A DNA stretch of 64,000 nucleotides from Monocercomonoides exilis PA203 (lineage: Eukaryota > Protista > Preaxostyla): the NCBI GenBank assembly GCA_001643675.2, contig LSRY02000015.1:1364001-1428000 (forward strand), given 5' to 3'. Position numbers and translations under genes: made by a program. This document shows positions 34,993-46,598 of the stretch, in pieces. Under the pieces are notes generated by a model. That model worked only from the letters and a program-made list of their open reading frames with translations, made no database searches and was not told the origin of the DNA. How positions within the stretch are numbered: position 1 is the first letter of the stretch; each line of letters opens with the position of its first letter.

Positions 34993-37649
34993 CTAGCTGC
35001 GTTCTAATTGGAACTCATCAACGACCATCTGCCGTACGTCCTGGAACACAATCGATCCATCTTCGTTCTTCTCCTCCTCACCCTCTTCATCTTCAGGACT
35101 CTCTTCGTACTTTGTGAGCGAAGAAAGCTTGTATCTGAAGTAAGTTTCAGGAGATGTGAAGTACACGGAAACAGGAAACACTCCAGATGCACATTTCTGA
35201 AAGAAAAACAAAAATAAATAAAAATGATTCATAATTTAAAGTTAATTAGAAATTGAAAATGTTGAATTATGTTCATATAAAATGAACATTTAAAGATACA
35301 TATTACATGAAATATATATACAGAATATATACTAAGAGTTGCAGCAAAAATAGAATTGCATATAACAAACCGTAGGAACAGTAATCTCGACAGTCCCTTC
35401 CACAGAAATCTTCTTTTTCTTGTCAATTGTCCCGACTTTCCAGACAACACGTTCAGTTGCTGGGTTGAATGCAACCGCCGACAAAAGCGAAGTGTTATCC
35501 TTTTTGAACTGAGAAGTGGTAAGTCCCCTGGCCGAGAAGGCAATCTCCACATTCTGCAGAACCGAAGGCGAGTAAGCGGTTGAAGGCGACGACGGCGATG
35601 AGGAGCTGCTGCTGGGGATGTGGTACTCGAGTGTGACTGTCGACTCGTTCGCTCCGGACTCCTCTGCCCACACTGTCACATTCAGCGGAGGCGCAAAGGG
35701 AGATGCCTCGCCGCTGGCTGCGTTGTACTTGTGGTGCCATCGCATCAGAGTGGTCAAAGAGAACAGCTGTCCCTCTTTGTCACGGCCATACAGAGGTCTG
35801 TTAAGGATGTTCGGAAATGGATGCATTTGCAAAGAAAGAAAGAAAAAAAGAAAAAAAGAAAAAAAAGAAATGAAATGAAAACAGACAGATTGATTGAAAG
35901 CAAATCAAATAAATAAAGTTAAGTTGAATTCAAAGAAATGTTCATAATTGAATAAAAAAAATTTTTTTCTTTATAAACAAAAACACACCTAATAACTCCG
36001 TTTTCCAATTCCTTTTTATTAATTTTTGGGTTATTTTTGAATGAGAAGTGCTCAGAAGAAGGGTGTCTAACGAGTTCAATCGACTCAAACAAAGAAGGCG
36101 TTTCTTTCTTCTGCACCAGCGACATCTCGCCAGAGATTTCCATATCAATCAGATCGCCTTCCCTGTCAAAGTGGCACATCAGCTTCTCTTCGCTCTTGAT
36201 GGTTGGGTATGGCAAAGAAGAAGAAGACGAAGACGACGAAGAACCAGAAGACTGCCTGGAAGATGATTTCTTTGATCTTCCTGTATCTCTTTCCTCGCTT
36301 CCTCTTTCATCTCCTTCAGCTTCTTCATCGCTGTCTGCGTCTCGCCCGCGTCTTCCGCTTCTCCGCAGGTTCTCCTGCTCTTCGTCCATCTCCATAAGCG
36401 CTGTTGGCTTTATAGCTGCTTTTGATCTCAGCGTCATCCGCTTTTTTGGCATTCTGAAGCCGCTAGACGGAACAGAAGACGATGAAGAAGCGGGCGAAGA
36501 TGCTGCTTCGCTGCTTCTTTTAGGCTTTCTAATTTCTTCATCGTCTCTTTCCTCTTCTTCATCTCTTTCTGGATATCTTTTCTTCTTCGGCCTTTCTTTG
36601 TTTCTTCCTGAATATTCATCAGATCCACCTGACGAAACAGACGAATATGGATCGCTTTCTGCCATTCCTGCTGTGCGGCGTCTCTCTCTTTCGTAACTGT
36701 CAGAAGCACGCGTTGTTCCGCTATTGTTAATTTTGAAAAATTAAAAGATGTGGATGATTTATGTTGAAGACAATCATTCAAAAATTGTTGAATGACGCAT
36801 ATTTAGAGCATTATTTGAAATATTGGAATAATAAATACTTTTGAATTAATAAAATCTCAAACCGGATGGATCCAATAGCTCCAACATGACCTTTCACCGA
36901 TGTGTCTATGTCACTTTCTCCTGAAAGTTTTCCTAACATCTGTGAAAGAACATCCAAAACTGGATTTGAAGGACGACTGTATCCTGTTCGAGCTTCCTCC
37001 AATTCTCTCAATTTTCTTGCATTAAATTCTTTTGCTTCGTGTTCTTTTCTTTTTCTCTCTTCATTTTTCTCTTCTTCATCTTGTGAATGCATCTTACAGT
37101 AAACAGAAATTTCTTCCATGAGCAAATGATTGTTCAATCCATTTGTGATAGCTTCATCCCACGCAAAGATGATGTCAAACATTTTTTCTGCGACATTCTT
37201 CTCATCAACGCTTCCTGCACCAATCTTTATAAAAAAGGAAAAATGAAATGAAAAATTAATACGCATCAAGGAGATTCCTCAATCTGCATCATACTAAAGT
37301 TGTTACAATCTTTGTCAATGCATTAAGCGAATCTTGATCTTCGATAATATTACTTGACTTGTTGCTTGCAAGAAACAAAATCACATTATCAACAGGCTGA
37401 TAGATAAATCTCGTTCCTTCAAAATTGATCATCGTATGCTCCACGCTTGAAACTCCTGGTAAGGCCTTTGAAATAAATGATATGAGTCCTTCAATTTGAG
37501 CTTCTTCTTGCGCAAAAGCTCGACGAAGAAGAACTTTATTTACAAAAAAAATTTCAAATTTTTAACTTTAAAAACATGTTAACAATAGTTAGCGTTCACA
37601 TGCCTCTTCCGTCTTTACTTAGAATACCCGCGCAAATTAGGTCCGACAT
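34993..37649 (-). CDS. ARCN1: Coatomer subunit delta (delta-COP): longin domain, charged linker, mu-homology domain; about 6 exons
   Basis: Spliced reading MSDLICAGILSKDGRVLLRRAF...QIEGLI...HTMINFEGTRFIYQPVDNV...SNIIEDQDSL...FDIIFAWDEAI...MHSQDE matches delta-COP/Ret2 hallmarks (RIEGLL, HTFVE, RYVYQP, SNILED, FDLIFAFDE, MDSHEE). C-terminal EEKLxxxxDREG, PLNVTVW and FPVSVYFTS match its MHD. Introns at 37603-37534, 37294-37225, ~36862-36722, ~35988-35798, ~35370-35196. Confidence 0.93.
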
Positions 37650-37895
37650 AAATAAAAGATATTGATCAGTACCATAATCAATAAAAAATTCATTTCAATT
37701 ATTATTTTGATTACATAAACAATAAACAGTTTGGTGAAATTTGACAAAAACAATATAAATACATACAACAAAAAGCACTTATAAAGCACAACCAAAAGGA
37801 TGAACTTCTAAAGACAGTTTTATTCAAAAATAATTTCCGCATTAACAATAATAACATATGGAATAAAAAACAAAAAAACTAAAAAAATAAGACAA

Positions 37896-38925
37896 TCATG
37901 AATGTTTCGGATAAGCCGTCGAAACGGTGAATGTCATGGCACGTTTTGCAATATGAGGAGGCTGCACCTTTTTGAAAGCATGCTCCTCATTCGAATAATT
38001 CGAAGCAACGCACTGATTGATCATAGAATCATTGGGAAAAGGGGGAATATTGCCATCATTCATTGAAAATGGCTGATTGGAAGAGCGAGAGAGGACAAAG
38101 GACTGCGACGCCAGCAGCTGTGGGTGAGTGCTTGTGGAAGAGAACAACAACTCAGCTGTTTTTTCTGAGATGCCCTGTGGTGGGACTATTGAAAATCGAT
38201 ATAATGATGAGGAAAGAGAAGAAGAAGAAGAAGATGAGGATGAAGAAGAAGGAAATGAAGAAATGGAAGAAACAGAAGAAGAAGAAGACAAGTTAATATT
38301 TCTCTGTTTTAATCCCGTTGTAGTTGTAGCAGTGGTTGTTTCTGTGTGTTTTTCGCTTTCTTTTGCTTCTCCACTTGTTGTCTGAGGAAAAGAAGTGAGC
38401 AAAGCAGTTTGTGTGTTGGATCTTTCCATTGAATGAGGAAGAATGGAATGAGAGAAAGAAGAAGAAGAAGAGGAGGAGGAGGAAGAGGAAGAAAAGGAAG
38501 AAGAAGAAGAAGAAAATGGAGAAGAAAATGGAGAAGAAGCAGAAGGAGAAAGAAGAGAAGACTCATAAAGGGAAACAGAAGGGGGTGAATTCAAAGGGAG
38601 TGGGGCTGTGAAAGAAAGAGGGTGCGTTTCAGAAGAAGAAGAAGAGGAGGAAGAGGAGGAGGAGGAAGAAGAAGAGGAAGAAGAAGGAAAAGAAAATGAA
38701 GAAGAAGAAGAAGAGGAAGAGGAAGAAGAAGGAGAAGAAGGAGCAGACATATCGCCGAAGCGTATGGGAATGGAAGTGGCAGGAAACAGGCCAGAAGAGA
38801 AGGAGAGAGATGGAGAAAGGAGAGAAAGAGCAGAAGGGCGACGAGGAGGAGAAGAAGGAGAGTGAGGGATGCTGGTGATACTGGGGATGTGGTTGGGGGA
38901 AAGGGAAGGAGGATGAAGAGAAGAG

Positions 38926-38966
<41 letters not shown>

Positions 38967-41590
38967 AGGAGAAGGAGAAGGAGAAGGAGAGGGGGAGGAA
39001 GAAGAGGAAGAAGAAGCAAGAGAAAGAGAAGAAGTCCAAGCCAACTTTGGCACACGCAAATTAGTTGAACTTTGAGCATTCTTTGTTTTCTTCTCTTTTT
39101 CCTTTGACGTTTTGTTTATTTGAGATGAAATTGAAGAAGAAGAATTTGAAGAAGAAGAAGAAGAAGAAGAAGAAGAAGGTTTTGCTGAAGCGCCGAAAAG
39201 AGAGGCAGAACGGGACATGCGAGCAGAAGGGGGTTTGGAAGAAGGAGGAGAAGATTTGGAAGAAGAAGAAGAGGAGGAAGGGGAGGAAGATGAAGAAGAT
39301 GAAGAAGAAGAAGGAAGAGGAGCAAAAGAAGCAAGAGAAGAGACAGAAGAAGAAGATAAAAGAGGAGGGGCAGGTGTGGTGTATGTAGGAGCAGCGCCGA
39401 AGTTGACTGGGGGTAAGCATTCACTCGGGGCGAAGAAACAAGAAGGATGGCTTTGAGGAGAAGAGGAAGGGGAAGAGGAAGAAAGAGGTGGAATTGAAGA
39501 GGTGGAAGAAGAAGAAGAAGAGAAGGGAGAAAAAGAAGGAAAAGCAGAAACAGAAGAAGAAGAGAAAGAAGAAGAAGAGAAAGAAGGAGAATTAAACAAA
39601 GTACTTTTCATGTTTCCTTGAGGGATAAGAGTTGATACAGTTGATCTTCTTCCTATTGGCAACCTTCCATTTGCAGTTGATGTTGAAGAAGAAGAAGAAG
39701 AAGGAGAAGAGGAAGAGGAAGAGGAAGAGGAAGAGGAAGAGGAAGAGGAAGAGGAAGAGGAAGAGGAAGAAGAAGAAGCGGCTAGAAATTGCTTTTGATT
39801 GGGAGACATGAATGAAGTGCTCTTCTCGATTCTGCTTCTTCCTGTTGCTCTCAAAGGAATGTTCGGAGAAAGAGGGGTAAATTGATGAAAGGAGTCGAAA
39901 GAGAAAGAAGAAGAGGAAGAGGAGGAGGAAGAGGAAGAGGAAGAGGAAGAGGAAGAGGAAGAGGAAGAAGGAGCATATAGATTATTCATATCATTGTCAT
40001 TATCATTTTCATTGTTCATAATGCTATCAGCATCATCATCATCAGTGAATGAAGGCAAAAGTGGAGAAAAAGCATCATAACCAGAGGGAATGGGAGAAGA
40101 GGAAGAGGAGGAAGAGGAGGAAGAGGAGGAAGAGGAGGAAGAGGAGGAAGAGGAGGAAGAGGAGGAAGAGGAGGAAGAGGAGGAAGAGGAAGAAGAAGGA
40201 GAAATAGCAGAAGATATCGCAGAAGCTGGGAGTAGCATATTAATTGCCTCAGAACACGCAGGCGAGGGAGAGCGAGAAAGAGAACGATAAGACGAGCAGC
40301 GAGAAGAACAACGGGAAGAGCGGGAGGTGGCCGAGCGGACAGATCGGAATGACTTGAAGGAAGTAGCGGCAGATCTTGTGGAGTTAACTGAATTTGTCGA
40401 CTTGGTCGATATGGTCGATATGGTCGATTTGGTTGATTTTGTGGACTCTAAAGAGGAAGAGCGGGGTTTTTGATAAGAATTCCTATTGCTATTGCCGTTG
40501 CTATTGCTATTGCCGTCATTGCTTCCTTCTGCCTCTTCACTTTCTGTCAGCCAATCGTCTTCTTCTTCTTCATCTGACTCGCATTCTGCTTTTGTTGCAC
40601 TTCTTCCTCGTGAATAGCGCATTCTGCTGCTAATTCCTCCTTCATTGCCTTCTTCTGCTCCATTCCTCTTGTTTTCCTTCTCTTTCTCCTCCTTCTCTTT
40701 AATTTTCTGTCCTTTCCCTTTCTTTCCATTCTTACTCATCTTCCTTTCTCCTTTCTCCATCTCCCTTCCCGTTATTCCTCCTCTTCCTTCTCCTCTTCCT
40801 TCTCCTTCTCCTTCTCTTCCTCTTCCTCTCCCTCTCCCTCTCCCTCCTCTTCCTTCTCCCTCTTCTCTTCTCTTCTTCTCCACTTTCTGTCTCTTTGCCA
40901 AATGTATCTGTTTCACACTGTCTGTGTCTTCACTCCCAAAATGCACTGGAGGCATCTCTTCTGCTGAAAGAAGAGTGATTGGATGGGAAGAAGAAGAATG
41001 GGAAGAACGAGTTGGATTGTCTAAAGAGGAAGAGGAAGAAGAGGAGGAGAAGGAAGAAGAAAGAGAAAGCGGATCTGAGAAGGTACTGCTATTGATACTG
41101 TTGTTATTGCTGCTTCTCTTTGAAAGAGCATTGGTGGAAGAAAGAGAAGAAAAGGAGGTGAAAGAATTTGAATGGTGGCCTTTGTTGAGAGAGGTAGAAG
41201 AAACAGAAGAAGAAAGCTTATTAAAACCTCTTTCTCCTCCTCCTCCTCCTCCTCCTCCTCCTCCAATCGAACAACTTCCAGTTCCACTTCCAATCCCAGC
41301 AAAAGATGATGATGCGTTCGTTAGAGGCAAAGAGTTTCGCATGGCAGCCGAAGAAGAAGCAGTTGAAGTGGAAGAAATGCTTCTAGCTGAATGAACAGAA
41401 CGAGGAGAGGAATCAGAAGAAGAGGAAGAGGAAGATGGGAAGGAAGTAGAAGGTGTGGAGGAAGAAGAGGAAGAGGAAGAGGAAGAAGAAGAAGAAGGAA
41501 GAGAAGAAAGCTTAGGAGAAGCAGAAGGGCTGATGAAGGAGAGATAGGAAGAATCAGCAGAAGAGCGACGAGAAGAATTGGGAAGGAAGA

Positions 41591-41627
<37 letters not shown>

Positions 41628-44600
41628 AGAAGAGGTAGAAGAAGAAGGAAGATTAACTTTAAATGCAGAATTAAAAGGAGAAGAAAAACAAGAAGAAGAG
41701 GAGGAAGAGGAAGAAGAAGAATCATGAGAACGAGAAAGAACATTAGCAGCATAATCAACGCTGCTAAACGGATCAAAAGAAAATCTTCTGTTGTTTTTGA
41801 GAGGAGGAGGAGGCGGCAAGCAAGCGAAAGAAAGCTGAACAGCCTGAAAAGAAGAGGAGAAAGAGGAAGAAAAGATGGAAAGGAAAGAAAGGAGCTCGTT
41901 GGAATGAGAAGAGATGAGAGAAAGAAGAGAGGAAGTGAAGGAGGAGAGGAAGGAGAGAGAGAGAGAAGAAGGAGAAGGAGAAGGAGAAGGAGAAGGAGAA
42001 GGAGAAGGAGAAGGAGAAGGAGAAGGAGAAGGAGAAGAAGAAGAGGAAGAGGAAGAATGTGAAGAGTTGAAGGAAGGAGAAGAAGAAGAAGATGAGGAGG
42101 AGGAAGAAGAAGAAGAAGAGGAAGAAGAAGGATGTGAGCTATTCCAACGTTCATTGAGAGAATAAATAACTTTCAATGCAGAAGGAATTAAATGGGTGAG
42201 TTGGGGGGAGAGAGAGAAAGGAGAAGAAGAAGGAGAGGAAGAAGAAGAAGATGATGATGATGAAGAAGAATATGAAGAGATTAAACTGCTACAAGAAAGA
42301 AAGCTGAGGAAAAGGCAATAACGAAGCAGCAAACAAGAAGCAGATTTCTCTTTCAATGAAAGTTGTGATGATGATGATTGAGATTGAGATAGGGACAAAG
42401 GCTTAATTTCAGTGAATGAAGAAGAAGATGAAGAAGATGAAGAAGATGAAGAAGATGAAGAAGATGAAGAAGAGGAAGAAGAGGAAGAAGAGGAAGAAGA
42501 GGAAGAAGAGGAAGAAGAGGAAGAAGAGGAAGAAGAGGAAGAAGAGGAAGAAGAGGAAGAAGAGGAAGAAGAGGAAGAAGAGGAAGAAGAGGAAGAAGAG
42601 GAAGAAGAGGAAGAAGAGGAAGAAGAGGAAGAAGAGGAAGAAGAGGAAGAAGAGGAAGAAGAGGAAGAAGAGGAAGAAGAGGAAGAAGAGGAAGAAGAGG
42701 AAGAAGAGGAAGAAGAGGAAGAAGAGGAAGAAGAGGAAGAAGAGGAAGAAGAGGAAGAAGAGGAAGAAGAGGAAGAAGAGGAAGAAGAGGAAGAAGAGGA
42801 AGAAGAGGAAGAAGAGGAAGAAGAGGAAGAAGAGGAAAAAGAAGGTGTTGATGATATAGGCAAAGAAGGAATTGAAGAAGAAGAACAAGAACAAGAAGAA
42901 GGCAAAGCTTCATTTGTATTATTGCCTTTATTATCATTCGAATTATCCAAAGCATTTGAAATAGAAGAAGAAGAAGGATCAGAAGAAGAAGAAGAATCAG
43001 AAAAAGAAGAAGAAGAAGAAGAAAGAGAAGAAGAAGCATAAGTTGTGTATTCATCGAAGAATTGGCAGAAGAGAGGGATGTTGTAGTCATCAACACACCA
43101 TCCAACTTCATTGAGAAGAATTTCACTTGTCTCTAACACTTCAAATGGAAGAGGGAAAAATGAGGAAGAGGAGGAGGAAGAAGAAGAAGAAGAAGAAGAA
43201 GAAAGAGAAGAAGAAGAGAAAGAAGAGGAGGAGGATGAGGAAGAAGAAGCATATGATGATGTTAATGATGAATTTGGGGAAGAATTAACAATTAAACAAG
43301 CATTTGTCAAGGAAGGATGATGAGGAGGAGAAAGAGAAGGAGAAGAAGAAAGAGAGGAAAAAGAGGAAGAAGAAGAAAAAGGAAATGAAGAAGAAGAAAA
43401 AGAGGTAGAAGCAATCGGAGGAGGAGTATGAACAAGTGGTGGTGTGTTGACGAAATGGCGATTGGGAGAAGAATCACAGTTGGTTATGGAAGAAGAGGGA
43501 GAAGAAGAAGAGGAGGAGGAAGAGGAAAAAGAAGAGGAAGAAGAAGAAAGAAATGAAGAAGAAGAAGAGGAAGAAGAAGAAGAAACAGGCGAAGCCAAAG
43601 AAGAAAAAAACATCTGCTTTTGATTTACTGATTGCGGTGATAGCGTCTGAGCATTTATTGCAACTTCTTCAGTTTTCCAACGCATTTCATTGACATTTTC
43701 GAAGAAGAACTGAATTTCAGAGTCAGAAATGAAGGGAAGGGACATGGGGAAGAGGAAGTTCGTAACGATACTCTCGCTCAAGAGAGAAAGAGAGAGAAAA
43801 CGAGATATGATGAAGGAAGGGAGGGTGTGGGTGGTGAGGGGGAAGAGGGGTAGAGAAAGGGAAGAAGAGGTAGAGGAGGAAGAGGATGGAGAAGAAGAAG
43901 AAAAGGAGGAGGAGGAGGAGGATGACGATGACGAAGTGATTGGTGAATTATTCGATGTTGATGTTTGTGAAGAAGAAGAAGAAAATGATGATGACGGAGA
44001 AGAAGAAGAAGAAGAGGAAGAGGAAGAAAAGAAAGATTTATTTCGTGTCAGTTTTGGTTGAATTTGCAAGGAAGTTGGCTTATCGAAAGCAGAAGAGGAA
44101 GAGGAAGAGGAAGAAGAAGGTGATGATGATGAAGAAGATGAAATGTTTCCATCAGAACGAAGTGATGTAGATGATAAAGCAGGAAAATATGAAGAAGAAG
44201 AAGAAGAAGAAGAAGAAGAATTTGTGTTTGTTGAAAGATCAGAAGAAGGCTGAGGAAGAAGAGCAGAAGATGTGAATGAACGTTTGGAAACCTTTCTGAA
44301 CAGGGAAGATGAAGAAGAGGAAGAAGACGATGATGATAAAGAATTTGAAGAAGAAGAGGAGGAGGAGGAAGAGGAAGATGGAGAAATGGAAGAAGAAGAT
44401 GATGATGATGAAACACTTGAAGAAGTTTGGCGAAATGGAAAAGAAGGATTTTGTATGGATGAAATGTTGCAATCAGAATTTGGTGAAAGAAGAGGAGAAA
44501 GAGTGGCATATGAAGGAGAACGAGAAAAGAGAGGAGAAAGAATTAGATCAGCTTGTGTTATGCATGAAGAAGAAGAGGGAGAGGAAGACAAAGAATTTAA

Positions 44601-46556
44601 TGAAGAGGATTGAGAAGAATTGGTTGAAGTGACAATAAAAGGAAGATAAAACAAAGCAGAAAGAGGAAGACGTGAAATGACTGAATCGAATATCAGCACA
44701 AGATGATCAGAAGGAATAGGAGAAGGTTTGTGAGATGAAGAAGAAGAAGAAGAAGAAGAAGAAGAAGAAGATGTTGATGATGATTGCTTTGAAGAAGAAG
44801 AAGAGTAAGAAGACGATGATAATGAATATGATGAAGGTGATGAAGTGTTAAATGGAGATGTTTGATGAGAAAACACCTGAGAAGAAGGAAAAGAAGGAGA
44901 AGAATCAATAGAAGAAGAAGAAGCATTATTTGTTCTGCATGTTCTGTTGATGGAGAGAATGAGATGGCGAAGAAGAAACAGCAGACATTCAAATTTGAAT
45001 GCTCTGATGAGAGTACGTTGGTCTTGTAAGAATACTTTTGTGCGACGCTCAGAGGAAGATTTGCGGGAGAGAGAAGAAGAAGAGAAGGGGGAAGAAGAGG
45101 AAGAAGATGATGAAGTGGAGGAAGATGATGATGAAGGCGTAGGTGAAGGAGATTGTGAAGAATTGGATGAAGAAGAAATATTTGACAGAAAAGAAACAGA
45201 AGCAGATGAAGGAGGAGTCAATTGTTTTTGTTGAAGTGTGTCATTTGAAGAGTTATCAGTCAGTTGACGAGGAGAAGAAGAAAAGTTCGACTGTTTCTGT
45301 TTGGAAGACAAAGAATCAAGTGCTTTTGATGAGCGAGCAGATTTCTGATCGGCCACAGAGCGTGATGTGCTTATGATATGAGCATCATTCACATTTGATA
45401 GAGAATGTGTGCAAGATGAAGTGAAAGGCGACAGAAGAGGAAGAGAAAAGCATGGGTCGTTCTTTGCAAGCGCCGAAGGGGAGGAGAAAGTGGTGGAGAG
45501 GGAGAGGCAGAACGAGGAGAGGAAAAAAGTGGGGAAGTGCAGCTGCACAAACAGCGTTCGCGCGTCCATGCTGAAGAACTGGAAGAGAGATCCCAGCGAC
45601 GATAGAGCGAGGGGAACGCTCAGCTCTGAGTTTATCCGCAGCTTGGGCACAAACGCGGGGCTGTTGAACGGGCGGCGCGACTGCATCGGCGGCAGCGAGG
45701 CGCTGCTCACTGAATTTTTCCTGTCAGCTGGTTGAATGCTGAGCGGCTTCGTTCCGGCAAATGTCATTGTGCCGTCCCCGTAATTCACCTGAGGCGCCCC
45801 AGGCAAAGAAAAGCGATCGATAATTGAAGAATGAAGCGAATGGGATGGCGCTGAAAGCACAGTAATATCTCCTGGCATATTTGATGTGCTGCGTAACATA
45901 TTTGATCCTGAATATCCTGTTTGTACTTTAGTTTTGATTGATATAAGTGAATGGAGCTGTGCTTGAACATGATGGCTAAGTTTAAGCATTTCAATAAGCA
46001 TTCCAGGTGGCAAAGTTATCGATCCACAAGTCCGCACAGCGTCTAAAGACTTATTCAATTTCGATGGCACAATGGATGATTGAGCACGAGTGATAGAAGG
46101 TGGCTTTTTTTTCTTTGGACCTTCGGATGCTAAAGATTGAAAAAAAGTCTGACAATAAAAAATTCAAAAAGAAGAATAAATCATATAGTACACGAAAATT
46201 ATCATTTTAAAACTAACAGTTAAAAAAACAGAGAAAACCGTAACTAAAGATGTTTCAATCAGATTCTCATTCTTTTGGCCTAATGACCAAAAAGGACTTG
46301 AAAGTATCTCCTTCATGAGTGCCACTTCCTCGATAATAGAAAATCCGTTTTCGCCTGGAGTTTCTAAATTCACATCTGCAAAAAAGGGATATGAACAAGT
46401 TTGTAAATTTGTTGGAAAAAGATTGTCAGAAAAAGTTGAATCTGCAAGTATCCTGATTAAAATATTGCCGCTTGGGCTTCCTGGCGATATGATAAGTCGC
46501 AATAATTCAGTAAGAGATCGAAGTTCAGAAAGTTCTGTCTCATCACAAAAATTCAT
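37896..46556 (-). CDS. Giant poly-serine low-complexity protein (~2,850 aa)
   Basis: An 8.2-kb stop-free ORF (37896-46148) joins the upstream exon 46556-~46240 via a GT-AG intron (...ETSLVT|TFFQSLASEGP...). Poly-S tracts alternate with short hydrophobic helical islands, (SP)n runs, poly-G and an RG/GE-rich basic patch. The 5' end is uncertain. Confidence 0.75.
42421..42836. repeat. Perfect 9-bp tandem array: (GAAGAAGAT)x5 then (GAAGAAGAG)x~41
   Basis: Read directly; encodes about 140 consecutive serines on the minus strand. Confidence 0.95.
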
Positions 46557-46598
46557 TAATTTAACAATAATATAATGGCTTGATCATTTTTTTTTATA

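Noticed and set aside
38063-45735. Many plus-strand poly-Glu/Lys/Arg and minus-strand poly-Leu/Phe ORFs
   Set aside because: These are shadow frames of the TCT/TCC serine repeats; only the Ser frame is continuous.
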